A stretch of DNA of 62,018 nucleotides, filler included. It is 11 parts of 11 records of this genome, joined end to end, with 100 filler letters (N's around TTAATTAATTAA, not from the genome) between each part and the next. Parts side by side here need not be neighbours in the genome. Positions count along the whole stretch, not along the records: positions 1 to 3,064 come from SRR11831585_1151; positions 3,165 to 7,699 come from SRR11831585_1159; positions 7,800 to 10,627 come from SRR11831585_1161; positions 10,728 to 19,855 come from SRR11831585_1162; 7 more parts are not named here. One strand, written 5' to 3'. Below the pieces are notes generated by a model. That model was not told the DNA's origin. It was given only the letters and a program-made list of their open reading frames with translations, and made no database searches. Position 1 is the stretch's first letter. Every line of letters starts with the position of its first letter. The position numbers were made by a program, and so were the translations under genes. Shown piece by piece: positions 1 to 10,794 of this stretch.

Positions 1-235
1 TGTGTGTGTGTGTGTGTATGTATGTGTTGCGGCGGTCAGGGGCGGAATGTGAATGTGCGTTTCGGTTCGTTCTTTGTGTTCGTTATTTGAATAATCCATG
101 TGTGGGTACAACCAAGCTGTTTGCATGACGCATCTACCCATGTACCTCTCTATATATTTCATTCATCGAACTACTCACTCCCTCTCGTACTCCCTCACTC
201 ACGTATTGAACCCCTGTTGTTTTCCCTCTCTGCAG

Positions 236-1058
236 CGGAAATGGCGTACCTGTGGCAGAGCCCCAAGATCTACCGTGATGAGGACTTGTATATGCAGGAG
301 CTCGTAGCGGATTACTGGGGGTCCTTCATACGCACGGGTGTGCCTTCTTCGAAACGTATCAACGGCTCTGGTACGCACAACCCTTATCTGCTTGGTTGCC
401 GTTCGCGTGCATGCCCGCTTTGCATTACTGCCCGTGACATCGCATAGCCGGATCGTGTTCGATCAAGTGTGTGGGATTATGCTTAGTGCCAGCAGTGATG
501 TGTCTATATTTTGTGGCTCTGTTCTCACCCGGTTGTTTTTGTGTTTGTTCCTTCGTTGGTTTCTGTGTAGCATCCGTTGCACCGCTGCTCGACACCAATC
601 AAATCCTTTACTTGAATTTGACACCGACAGCGATCCCAGCAACGCCGTTTGGACAGGAGCATCATTGCCGGTTTTGGGCCTGTACGTGTAATTGAGATTC
701 TACGCGCGCGTGTGTGTGAGAGAGGAAATGGTGATGTGGATTGTCTGCTATACTCTGTTTCTTATGCTGTTGTTGGTTGGGGATTGAACATGCGCTTGGT
801 TTGAGTGCTTGTGCCCGTGTTTTGGCTCGAGTTACATCGTTCCGGTTGCTCTCTATCCGTTTTTCGCTCCGTCATGCAACAGTGAAGCATTCATCTCTGA
901 CTAAACTCCGCCTTCTATCTGCAGTGCCGCGTTTGTCGTCTCTGTTCGCCTTCGGGTCTTCCTCCGGGGCCTCCTCGTTGCAGCCCGTGCTCTCAGTGCT
1001 GATACCGGTAGTGGTGGGAGCTGTGACGCTCGCTATGTTCAATGTGTTTGTACGGTAA
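236..1058 (+). CDS. Eukaryotic type-B carboxylesterase/cholinesterase-like protein, last 3 exons (236-370, 571-681, 925-1058), with a GPI-signal/TM-like tail
   Basis: Manual splicing at GT..AG sites (all phase 1) gives EMAYLWQ..VADYWGSFIRTGVP..HHCRFW..SSSGASS plus a hydrophobic tail. E-x-x-Y, YW-x-x-F-x-x-x-G-x-P and C-x-F-W are typical of the COesterase C-terminus. The 5' part lies outside the window. Confidence 0.7.
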
Positions 1059-1685
1059 GGAGTGCGTCTGTTGATGCAAGTTTTGCGAAAATGTTTGGGA
1101 TGTAATGGGTGTACGCCAGTGGATGGGTGGGAGGGTGGGTGAGTGAAAGGGTGGAGCGTGTCTGTGTGTTTGTGCTTGTGCGTGGTATGAGTGTGTGTTT
1201 GTGTAATTACGACAAGGGTGTATATGGGGTAAGGAATTTTTTGTCTGCATTACCTATACGTGTTGAAGGTTATAAGTCGTGCTGTGTGGGTGTGATGGTA
1301 GGTCAGCACATGCAAAGGCATTGCCGGGTTATTGAGGGAGACGCGCTTGAATGTGGTGGTCTCGGGCTGTACTGTTTCGTGAGCGAAATGAAAGACGTAC
1401 ATATCGAATATTGGTGTCTTCTCCGACGAAGGAGAAGTCCAGCGAGGCGTTGGGCCTGTTGTCTTTGTGCTTCATGTGTGTGTTGGTGGTTTGTCTTATT
1501 CCTCACCACACACCACCCTCCGTTTACAGCAACAAATACAGTACAATATCGACAACAGTATATCGATATGGTACGGGCGTACACGAGTGCAGCCGGGAGT
1601 CTGGATAGACAGTCCGTGGCGGCTGAATTGTTTTGAAGTCCCTGATTTCCCGTTTTCATTCTGTTTTCACCGTGTATCACCTACC

Positions 1686-2989
1686 ATGCAAGCAGTTGTA
1701 CTTGGCGGTACCGGAGCCGTGGGAAAAGTACTCGTGTGCATTGCTCATCTTGATCTAACGCACCGTTTCAGGCACTAGTTCACGAATTGGACAAATCCGA
1801 AAAATGGCAGCGAATTGTGTTATTCTTACGACGACCGTTCCCTGAACCTGTTTCGCAGAAAGTTCATCAAGTGGCACGTCAATATGTTTTCTTATGCTCG
1901 TCTGTATGCTCTTACTCGTACAGATCATTCCCGACTTGGTGGAGTCGTTCAACGATACTCACAGCGAACACTTTCAAGGAATACACGCGACATTCAACTG
2001 CATGGGCACCACCATCAAAGCGGCCGGGTCTCAAGCGGCGATGTACAAAACAGACCACGACGTTCCAGTCACTGCAGCGCGCTTGTCTCACGCCGCTGGT
2101 GTTCCTCATTATTTGCACGTGTCGAGCGGTGGTGCGAATGCGAGCAGCAGCTTCTTCTATATGCGTCTGAAGGGAGAGGTACGTTTGTTTCGGTGGGCAT
2201 GCACCAGTATGATGTTCGTGTGGTTTTTGTTGCACAGCGCCGGTGTTCTGTTTCAGTATGTCTCGCTGTCGCTGCAGCTACATTGGTCTGAGTTCCCTCA
2301 TTCATGCGAGTGTTTCTGTTCTTTGCTTGGGTTGCACAGACAGAACGTGACATCGCAGCCACCGGTATTGAACGGGTCTCCATCTTTCAGCCCTCGCTCC
2401 TGTTGACGGACCGCGAACACAAACGCACCGGTGAGCAGATCGCAGCTAAAGTGATGACCGGACTGGACTGGCTGATCAAGCGGATTAGCCCTCGCACACG
2501 CGGTACGTGTAAATGTGTAAATAGGGGTTGGTGTACTTCCGTTCTTTTCGCAGGAGGTGGCGTGTTTGTGAGTTCGTACGTGAAATGATGGATGAAAGGA
2601 TACGGGGCATGGATGTCTTGCGCCTCGATTGTATATCATAAGGGTAAGATACGGTACCGGGCTTGTTGTTTTTTAGAAATGACTGTGTGTCTCTTTAGCG
2701 ATTCGAGTGGAGGCCGTGGCGAAGGCAATGCGCGTCGTGGTACGTTGTGTCACTGTACCTCTTGTTTTTCTTGCTGCTGTGGGTTTGTTTCCTGCTATGT
2801 GATCGGCGCGCCAGAATGGCAGGGTATTTTTGTTGTTCGTGAGACACCCAGCTTCTGCCGGTCCTCGTTGTGACGTTTGTCTGTTGTGGTGCGCGTGTGT
2901 TGCAGGCTGAGGAAGATGCCGCGTCCCATACCACAGGCACAGTCGTGTTCCCCAACGAGAAGATTCAAGCGATCTCAGACGGCGCGTAG
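1686..2989 (+). CDS. TIP30/HTATIP2(CC3)-like NAD(P)-binding atypical SDR oxidoreductase, 6 exons (1686-1727, 1772-1870, 1924-2178, 2340-2502, 2699-2739, 2906-2989)
   Basis: Spliced product reads MQAVVLGGTGAVGKALVHEL..FNCMGTTIKAAGS..D..HVSSGGANASSSFFYMRLKGETE..SIFQPSLLL..AIRVEAVAKAM. All introns are GT-AG and keep the frame. Confidence 0.88.
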
Positions 2990-3064
2990 CTGCGTACACG
3001 CTCTTAACAAAGGGTACCGGGGCCAATGGGGTGTGTTTATATCAAAGAGGGTCCGTATGAAGTC

Positions 3065-3164
3065 NNNNNNNNNNNNNNNNNNNNNNNNNNNNNNNNNNNN
3101 NNNNNNNNTTAATTAATTAANNNNNNNNNNNNNNNNNNNNNNNNNNNNNNNNNNNNNNNNNNNN
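3065..3164. other. Artificial contig spacer
   Basis: N44-TTAATTAATTAA-N44. Confidence 0.98.
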
Positions 3165-3973
3165 ATACCACTGCGGCACAAATCCGCGACGCTCGCCTTG
3201 ACCCGAAAGTGAAAGCGATTGTCCTGCGTGTTAATAGCCCAGGCGGCAGCGTTACCGCGTCTGAAGTGATTCGCGCTGAACTGGCAGCAGCCCGGGCAGC
3301 GGGTAAGCCTGTGGTTGTATCGATGGGCGGCATGGCGGCATCTGGTGGTTACTGGATTTCCACGCCAGCTAATTACATTGTGGCTAACCCCAGCACCCTG
3401 ACCGGTTCTATCGGTATCTTCGGCGTGATCACCACCGTAGAAAATAGTCTGGATTCGATTGGTGTTCATACTGATGGTGTCTCAACTTCACCGCTGGCGG
3501 ATGTTTCTATCACCAGGGCACTGCCGCCGGAAGCGCAGCTGATGATGCAGTTAAGCATTGAGAATGGCTATAAACGCTTTATCACGCTGGTTGCTGATGC
3601 GCGTCATTCGACGCCGGAGCAGATTGATAAAATTGCCCAGGGCCACGTCTGGACCGGTCAGGATGCAAAAGCTAACGGGCTGGTCGATAGTCTCGGGGAT
3701 TTCGATGATGCGGTCGCCAAAGCAGCAGAGCTGGCAAAAGTGAAACAGTGGCATCTGGAATATTACGTTGATGAACCGACCTTCTTCGACAAAGTGATGG
3801 ACAACATGTCTGGTTCTGTCCGGGCAATGTTGCCAGATGCGTTCCAGGCCATGTTACCTGCACCGCTGGCCTCGGTAGCCTCTACCGTTAAAAGTGAAAG
3901 TGACAAGCTGGCCGCGTTTAATGACCCACAAAACCGTTATGCGTTTTGCCTGACCTGCGCCAACATGCGTTAA
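3165..3973 (+). CDS. sppA: Signal peptide peptidase SppA (protease IV), 5'-truncated
   Basis: [22 protein letters not shown] and the C-terminus CLTCANMR match E. coli SppA; it precedes ansA. Confidence 0.97.
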
Positions 3974-3985
3974 GTCTTGTACTGA

Positions 3986-4018
3986 GTGGCCGACAGATCG
4001 TCGGCCACATTATTTTTT
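3986..4018 (+). terminator. Intrinsic terminator after sppA
   Basis: GTGGCCGAC-agatc-GTCGGCCAC hairpin followed by a T-rich tail. Confidence 0.75.
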
Positions 4019-4139
4019 ACGTCGACGAATCCTCTTCCCGCTGTTTCGCCCCATATTTCCTTATCCGCATAGTATCAGGTGCGCTCCCCCTGCCTCACGT
4101 ATATACTTTTGCTCTTTCGATATCATTCATATCAATATC

Positions 4140-5156
4140 ATGCAAAAGAAATCAATTTACGTTGCCTACACGGGCGGGACCATCGGGATGCAGCGTTCCG
4201 AGCAGGGTTATATACCGGTGTCAGGTCATCTACAACGCCAACTGGCGCTGATGCCGGAATTCCATCGCCCGGAGATGCCAGATTTCACCATTCATGAATA
4301 TACGCCGCTGATGGATTCTTCAGATATGACGCCGGAAGACTGGCAGCATATTGCTGAAGATATTAAAGCGCACTATGACGACTATGATGGTTTTGTCATT
4401 CTGCACGGCACCGACACGATGGCGTATACCGCCTCTGCGCTGTCGTTCATGCTCGAGAATCTCGGTAAACCGGTCATTGTGACAGGGTCACAAATCCCGC
4501 TGGCTGAGTTACGCTCTGACGGACAAATTAATCTGCTGAATGCGTTGTACGTTGCGGCGAATTATCCGATCAACGAAGTAACGCTCTTTTTCAATAACCG
4601 ATTGTATCGCGGCAACCGCACTACCAAAGCCCATGCCGATGGTTTTGATGCGTTTGCCTCTCCAAACCTTCCTCCGTTACTGGAAGCAGGTATCCATATT
4701 CGTCGTTTGAATACGCCACCCGCCCCGCACGGTGAAGGGGAATTAATCGTTCATCCAATCACCCCACAACCAATTGGCGTAGTGACGATTTATCCAGGGA
4801 TTTCTGCTGACGTCGTGCGCAATTTTCTGCGCCAACCGGTGAAAGCATTGATTCTGCGCTCCTATGGCGTGGGTAATGCGCCACAAAACAAAGCCTTCCT
4901 GCAGGAATTACAAGAAGCCAGCGATCGCGGTATTGTGGTGGTCAACCTGACACAATGTATGTCCGGTAAAGTGAACATGGGTGGTTATGCCACCGGTAAC
5001 GCCCTCGCCCATGCCGGCGTAATTGGCGGTGCAGATATGACTGTAGAAGCCACGCTAACCAAACTGCATTACCTGCTTAGCCAGGAACTGGATACTGAAA
5101 CCATTCGCAAGGCCATGAGCCAAAACCTGCGCGGCGAACTGACGCCGGATGATTAA
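4140..5156 (+). CDS. ansA: L-asparaginase I
   Basis: 338 aa, YTGGTIGM and HGTDTM motifs. Confidence 0.98.
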   Translation: MQKKSIYVAYTGGTIGMQRSEQGYIPVSGHLQRQLALMPEFHRPEMPDFTIHEYTPLMDSSDMTPEDWQHIAEDIKAHYDDYDGFVILHGTDTMAYTASALSFMLENLGKPVIVTGSQIPLAELRSDGQINLLNALYVAANYPINEVTLFFNNRLYRGNRTTKAHADGFDAFASPNLPPLLEAGIHIRRLNTPPAPHGEGELIVHPITPQPIGVVTIYPGISADVVRNFLRQPVKALILRSYGVGNAPQNKAFLQELQEASDRGIVVVNLTQCMSGKVNMGGYATGNALAHAGVIGGADMTVEATLTKLHYLLSQELDTETIRKAMSQNLRGELTPDD

Positions 5157-5166
5157 GGAGACTGTA

Positions 5167-5808
5167 ATGCCCCCTCGCGCCCTGTTACTGGTCGATTTAC
5201 AAAATGATTTCTGTGCTGGTGGCGCGCTCGCCGTGCCGGAAGGTGACAGTACGGTGGATGTCGCTAACCGCCTGATTGACTGGTGCCAGTCGCGCGGTGA
5301 AGCGGTTATCGCCAGTCAGGACTGGCACCCGGCGAATCACGGCAGTTTTGCCAGTCAGCACGGTGTAGAGCCTTATACGCCAGGCCAACTCGACGGTTTG
5401 CCACAAACCTTCTGGCCAGATCACTGTGTGCAGAACAGTGAAGGCGCACAATTACATCCGTTACTGCACCAAAAAGCGATCGCAGCGGTGTTCCATAAAG
5501 GCGAAAATCCTTTAGTTGACAGTTACAGTGCCTTTTTTGATAACGGCCGTCGGCAGAAAACCTCTCTCGATGACTGGTTACGCGATCATGAAATCGATGA
5601 ATTGATCGTTATGGGCCTGGCTACTGACTATTGCGTGAAGTTTACCGTGCTGGACGCGTTACAGTTAGGTTATAAGGTAAACGTGATTACCGATGGTTGT
5701 CGTGGCGTGAATATCCAGCCCCAGGACAGTGCGCACGCGTTTATGGAGATGTCAGCAGCTGGGGCAACGCTATATACGCTGGCAGACTGGGAAGAGACAC
5801 AGGGGTAA
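5167..5808 (+). CDS. pncA: Nicotinamidase/pyrazinamidase
   Basis: MPPRALLLVDLQNDF, DWHP and GLATDYCV motifs; AAGGAG Shine-Dalgarno before ATG 5167. Confidence 0.97.
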   Translation: MPPRALLLVDLQNDFCAGGALAVPEGDSTVDVANRLIDWCQSRGEAVIASQDWHPANHGSFASQHGVEPYTPGQLDGLPQTFWPDHCVQNSEGAQLHPLLHQKAIAAVFHKGENPLVDSYSAFFDNGRRQKTSLDDWLRDHEIDELIVMGLATDYCVKFTVLDALQLGYKVNVITDGCRGVNIQPQDSAHAFMEMSAAGATLYTLADWEETQG

Positions 5809-5816
5809 TTTTACGC

Positions 5817-5849
5817 TGGCCTACAATTCTGTACTGGCATTGTAGGCCA
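5817..5849. repeat. REP-like inverted repeat between convergent pncA and ydjE
   Basis: TGGCCTACAA..TTGTAGGCCA hairpin containing the REP GTAGGCC end. Confidence 0.55.
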
Positions 5850-5900
5850 AATAAAACACGTCAGTGGCACATCTGGCAATTGATGCCATCAACGAAAGAT

Positions 5901-7259
5901 TTAATTCACCTCAGAAATCTCTTCCAACGACACCTTCCGCGTTTCGATGCCAAAAATGGAGAGAACCAGCGCACAGAGCAATAACATAACACCAAGTACC
6001 ATAAACACCGTGATCGACCCATAATGTGTTAATAATGCCGCAACGCCATAGGGCGTGAAGACTGCGACGATCCGTCCGACGGCATTAACGAAACCCGAAC
6101 CGCGCAGGCGTAAATGCGTTGGCCAAAGCTCCGGGATATAAACCGCCGACGCGAAGCAAACATACATGTATAAAAAGAAGATCATCACCAGTCCATAGAT
6201 TAAAATCGCCCACTCTGTAGTCTGAATTGAATAGATATAGCCTAACACGGCAATAATAATAAGTAAGGTGGAGCCAAATAACCGACGAGGAAAATGATCA
6301 ATAATTAATGCCGCAATAAATATTCCTACCGGAGCGTCAATCATAATAACAGCGGTCATTAATATTGATTTATCGACATCAATGCCGGAGTTAACAAATA
6401 TGGTCGGTATCCATACGGTGATGGTATAAAGCGAAATGTTCATTGCAATTAAAACAGTAATCGCGACTAATGTACGTCGTAACATTTCACCTTTAAACAG
6501 GAGCCAGAAAGTACCCTTGATTACTTTAACCTTGCTGTTGCTCTGATACGAAGTAAGCGGGGGTAAACGAATACTCTTCTCTCTTTCAATTTGCTGCTCT
6601 ACTTCACGAAGTTGGCATTCTGCACCTGCGATTTGCCCTTTCCCTGCCAGCCATCGTGGCGACTCGATAAAGTATTTACCTGAGAGAAACCAGGCTAACA
6701 GTATGCCAATACCACCCAGCAGAAACATTATTCGCCAACTAAAAAAAGCGATAACCACCACGCCTATCGCCGCAGACAGCATGGGCGACCAGTTACCAAC
6801 AAATGAGAGCCGCGCGGACCATTTTCCACGCACCGTCGCGGGGATAAACTCCGTAAATGAGGCATAGCCAACCATAATCAGCGCCCCCATTCCTGTTCCC
6901 ATCAGGAAGCGAAAGAAGATGAGCCAGTACATATCAGGGACAAAAGCGGCCCCTGTTGCAGCAATACCGACGATGAGAAGATTTATGCGAAACGCCCTGC
7001 GCCGCCCAAAGTAGTCACCAATAAACCCACCAGTAAGTGAGCCGATGAAATAACCAAACATTAATGCCGAGGTAAAGGCGGCATTGAGGAAATTATTTGA
7101 CCATCCATTGCTTACCAGCTTTGCTAAGACGACATTACCGGAGTAACTCAAAAACCCTGTTAATAACAGACTAAAGCTTATAATACCAAATATACGATAA
7201 TGAAACCGGGCCAAAGGCAAGCGGTCCAGTCTTGCGCCAATTTGATCATATTGTTCTAT
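5901..7259 (-). CDS. ydjE: MFS transporter YdjE; first codon reads ATA
   Basis: 452-codon frame (I)EQYDQIGARLDRLPLARFHY..EEISEVN with the MFS motif GFIGDYFGRR; GAGG SD upstream of ATA 7259-7257. Confidence 0.93.
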   Translation of the reverse strand: MEQYDQIGARLDRLPLARFHYRIFGIISFSLLLTGFLSYSGNVVLAKLVSNGWSNNFLNAAFTSALMFGYFIGSLTGGFIGDYFGRRRAFRINLLIVGIAATGAAFVPDMYWLIFFRFLMGTGMGALIMVGYASFTEFIPATVRGKWSARLSFVGNWSPMLSAAIGVVVIAFFSWRIMFLLGGIGILLAWFLSGKYFIESPRWLAGKGQIAGAECQLREVEQQIEREKSIRLPPLTSYQSNSKVKVIKGTFWLLFKGEMLRRTLVAITVLIAMNISLYTITVWIPTIFVNSGIDVDKSILMTAVIMIDAPVGIFIAALIIDHFPRRLFGSTLLIIIAVLGYIYSIQTTEWAILIYGLVMIFFLYMYVCFASAVYIPELWPTHLRLRGSGFVNAVGRIVAVFTPYGVAALLTHYGSITVFMVLGVMLLLCALVLSIFGIETRKVSLEEISEVN

Positions 7260-7375
7260 TAGGTGCCTCGGATTTGCTAAAAAGGTAGCAATTGCGGCAA
7301 ATTCACTTGCCGCATCTTTATCATCATTTTATTTCAAGGCGCAGGAACAAATAATATTGACAACGTGTGCTTAAA

Positions 7376-7699
7376 TTACCACACCAGCTGGATATTATTG
7401 TCTTTGCAAAATGCTATCCACTCTGCACCCGGTGATTTATCAGTTATTATGTAATTAATATGACTAAAATCAGCTAACTGGACAAAAGCTTTGCGATCAA
7501 ACTTAGAGTGATCAACCAATAACGCAACTTCTGTCGCCTGACGGATCATTGTCTTTTTGATTTCAGCTTCCGCTTCATTAGAGTCCAGCGCGCCGCTGTT
7601 AATATCAAGACCTTTACAACTCATTACCATGATATCGACATGATAGCGCCTGATGATCTCTTTAGTAATTCTTCCTTGCAGTGAAAGTGTATTTTTGTT
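7376..7699 (-). CDS. ydjF: DeoR-family regulator YdjF, C-terminal part
   Basis: DeoR C-terminal motifs ALLVDHSKF and NYIITDK; synteny with ydjE. Confidence 0.9.
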   Translation of the reverse strand, partial: NKNTLSLQGRITKEIIRRYHVDIMVMSCKGLDINSGALDSNEAEAEIKKTMIRQATEVALLVDHSKFDRKAFVQLADFSHINYIITDKSPGAEWIAFCKDNNIQLVW

Positions 7700-7799
7700 N
7701 NNNNNNNNNNNNNNNNNNNNNNNNNNNNNNNNNNNNNNNNNNNTTAATTAATTAANNNNNNNNNNNNNNNNNNNNNNNNNNNNNNNNNNNNNNNNNNNN
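7700..7799. other. Artificial contig spacer
   Basis: N44-TTAATTAATTAA-N44. Confidence 0.98.
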
Positions 7800-7909
7800 T
7801 GTGTGTGTGTGTGTGTGTGTGTTACTCTCTGTGTATGTCTCTTTCTCCCTGTATGTGTATGGATGCGTCTCTTCCTGTGTTATAACTGTGTATGTGTGCC
7901 AATGTACAG

Positions 7910-8001
7910 AACTCAAGAGCATGCTTCTGTCTCTGTTGCGAGAGGATAAGGACTTCCGCGAGGATGTACGGTCGTTGCTGCTTGCCAAGCACAACGAGTA
8001 A
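7910..8001 (+). CDS. Terminal exon of an unidentified eukaryotic gene
   Basis: A TG-rich intron ending ..gtacag, then (E)LKSMLLSLLREDKDFREDVRSLLLAKHNE-TAA with exon-like codon usage. Confidence 0.5.
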
Positions 8002-8642
8002 ACAGAGTGCGCTCGATTCACATATTATAGTGTGTGGCTCCGTGGTCTATGCAAGTTCTCAGCACGCATTTGACACACTCACACACAGACGCGCACGGAA
8101 TGCGGGGCGACGCGTGTCCTAGAGGTTTTCGTGGGTTGTGTATGGATGGCTACCGAAGGAGGGGGTGTTTAGGGGGATTTTTGTGAGCTATGGTTGGTGC
8201 GACGGTGTGTCACATTGTGAGTTAGGATGGGCGGGTATTTGCGTGGAGCAGGGTGAATCATACATAGGAGGGGTAAAAGCGGATACACGCACACGTGCAC
8301 GAGGGCACACATCCATACACACACAGACATACATAATCCGCGGGAGACGGTTTCAGAGAGAATCACGTTTTACTGTGCTCCGCTCCACAAATACCATAAG
8401 ACACCCACACACACAACACGCACAAACACACAACAAACAACCCACGCCTCAGGAAGCATGAGAGATAGATAGCGCACAACAGTCATCCACACGAACGCAC
8501 AAACACACAAACCCCACACGTGCACGAACGGTACGATGGCGGGGGAACAAAAACACGCACCCACACACAACGCCACACACGCGGGGACAGCGTGTACAAC
8601 CGTGGACACACACACCAACACACACGAGGGTGGGTGGGCAGC

Positions 8643-10627
8643 TTAATGGCCGTGGCCGTCGTCGCCGCCCTGGTCCTTCTTCTCGAGCTTGATGAGGTCG
8701 TCGATGCGCAGGATGGTGATGGCCGCCTCCGTGGCGCCCTGGATGCTCTTCAGCTTGGACATGGCCGGCTCAATCACGCCGCTCTCCAGGCTGTTGCGCA
8801 GCGCACCGCGGCTCAGGTCCAGCCCGCTCCTGTTGCACACAACACAGCATAAGACAACCAACACACACAATACGGGGTGAGAGGGACACAGAAACGGGAA
8901 GCGGAAGGGAGGGTGACGCAGCAACAGATGGAGTCGGCCACGCACCAGCGCTTGTCGCGGTGGGTATCGTCGGTCTGCGCCTTGTGGTGGAAGGCACGCA
9001 GACGCGCAATGAGATCGGTGGCGTCGAGGGCCGCGTTCACAGCGAGGGTCTTGGGGATGACCAGCAGGGCCTCCGCAAACTCGGCGATGGCCAGCTGCTC
9101 GCGGGACCCGACCGAGGTGGCGTAGTTCTCCAGGTGGACGGACAGGGAAGCTTCCACCGCACCGCCGCCGGGAACAACCTCCCCGCTCTCGAGAACGCGC
9201 TTGACCACACACATCGCATCGTGCAGGGAGCTGTGCACACACGATAAACAGGATGAGGAGATATGCAGAGAGAGACACACAGACACGCACCGCTCCATCT
9301 CGTCGAGCATGAACAGGTTGGCGCCGCGCAGGACGACCGAGTGGATGTTGACGGTCTTGCAGCCCTTGATGTACAGCAGCTCGTCGTCGGCCACACGCTC
9401 CTCCACGACCTCGTCCGCACTGCCCAGCGCAGACGCGTCAAAGCTCTCGCCGCCCTCCAGGTTGGCCAGCGTGGTCACCACACGCCCACCGGTGGCCTTG
9501 GCAAGGCGGCGCAGGTCGGCCTTGTCCACACGGCGCACACCGATGGCGCCGGCCTCCACAAAGTACTTGAGGAAGGTGTCGTCGATGCCCTTGCTCGTCA
9601 GGATCACGTTGGCCCCGGAGGCAAGGATCTTCTCGATGCGCTCCTTCGTCACGTCCATCTCACTGTGCAGAGGGGATCCCGTGGTGTGTGAGCACACAAA
9701 TGGAATCACAGCAGCACACACACGCAAACCGACCCACGTACCGCTTGCGGACACCCTCGAGGTTGCGCATCTCGGTGACGACGACCTGCACGCCGAGGGG
9801 CATCTTGAACTTCATGAGGTTCATGTCGAGGAAGGCGATGCGGGCGGGCCCCACACGCTTGGGCATGGCCTGCGAGGCGCGCGTGTGGTTGAGGGCGTAC
9901 CCGGGGACCAGCACAGACTCCCGCGAGGACTTGCCGTGCGCCTTGAGCACGTTGATCGCCTTGACGGGGTACTTGGCCTTGCCCTGCCCGTCCACAAACT
10001 TGACACCCTGCACCGCACACACAAACGAATCAGCACACACACGCACGCACCAGAGAAAGAACGACGAGCGCACCAGAACAGCCTCCACAGCCATCTTGGC
10101 GAAGAACTCGCTCTCGGACCCGATGATCTTGCTGCTCATCGAGGTCTTGGCGGCGTTGATCAGGGTCTCGGGACCAAGCTTCTCCACAGGGGTGGACAGC
10201 TGAGCCTTGATATACCTGCACGCCTCGCGCATAGCCAGACGGTAGCCGGAGATAATCGAGGTAGGGTGGATCTTGTGCAGAATCAACTCGGTCGCGCGCT
10301 ACACAACCCATCCCATGAGAATTTGCAGGCCCATATTGCAGCTGACAGCACCGTCCGACCCGTGAAAGAACACATACCCGCAACAGCTCCGCAGCGACGA
10401 TGACGACAGAGGTGGTCCCGTCACCCACTTCTTTATCTTGCAATTCGGAGAGCTCTACCAAAACCTTCGCAGCGGGGTGCTCCACCTACGCACAGAACTG
10501 CGTTACAACACAAAGATCCAAAGACAGAAATTTTCGCGCGCGTACATGCAACTGTCGAAGAATGGTGGCACCGTCGTTGGTAATGCAGACATCACCAATC
10601 TCGTCCACAAGCATTTTATCTAAGCCC
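8643..10627 (-). CDS. TCP1: T-complex protein 1 subunit alpha (CCT1), spliced, 5'-truncated
   Basis: [111 protein letters not shown]; six GT-AG introns (e.g. 10545-10486, 10377-10299). Confidence 0.96.
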
Positions 10628-10727
10628 NNNNNNNNNNNNNNNNNNNNNNNNNNNNNNNNNNNNNNNNNNNNTTAATTAATTAANNNNNNNNNNNNNNNNN
10701 NNNNNNNNNNNNNNNNNNNNNNNNNNN
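10628..10727. other. Artificial contig spacer
   Basis: N44-TTAATTAATTAA-N44. Confidence 0.98.
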
Positions 10728-10751
10728 GCGCGAGCGCCTTATCCGGCCTAC
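10728..10751. repeat. REP element (partial) at contig end
   Basis: GCGCGAGCGCCTTATCCGGCCTAC matches the enterobacterial REP consensus. Confidence 0.9.
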
Positions 10752-10794
10752 GGGTCGTGCATCCGACAACACCGAATTTACAGGAACACAGAAC

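Noticed and set aside
1059-1680. Cys/Val- or His/Thr-rich ORFs in eukaryotic intergenic DNA (also 8138-8621, 33438-33670)
   Set aside because: They are translations of (TG)n/(CA)n simple sequence.
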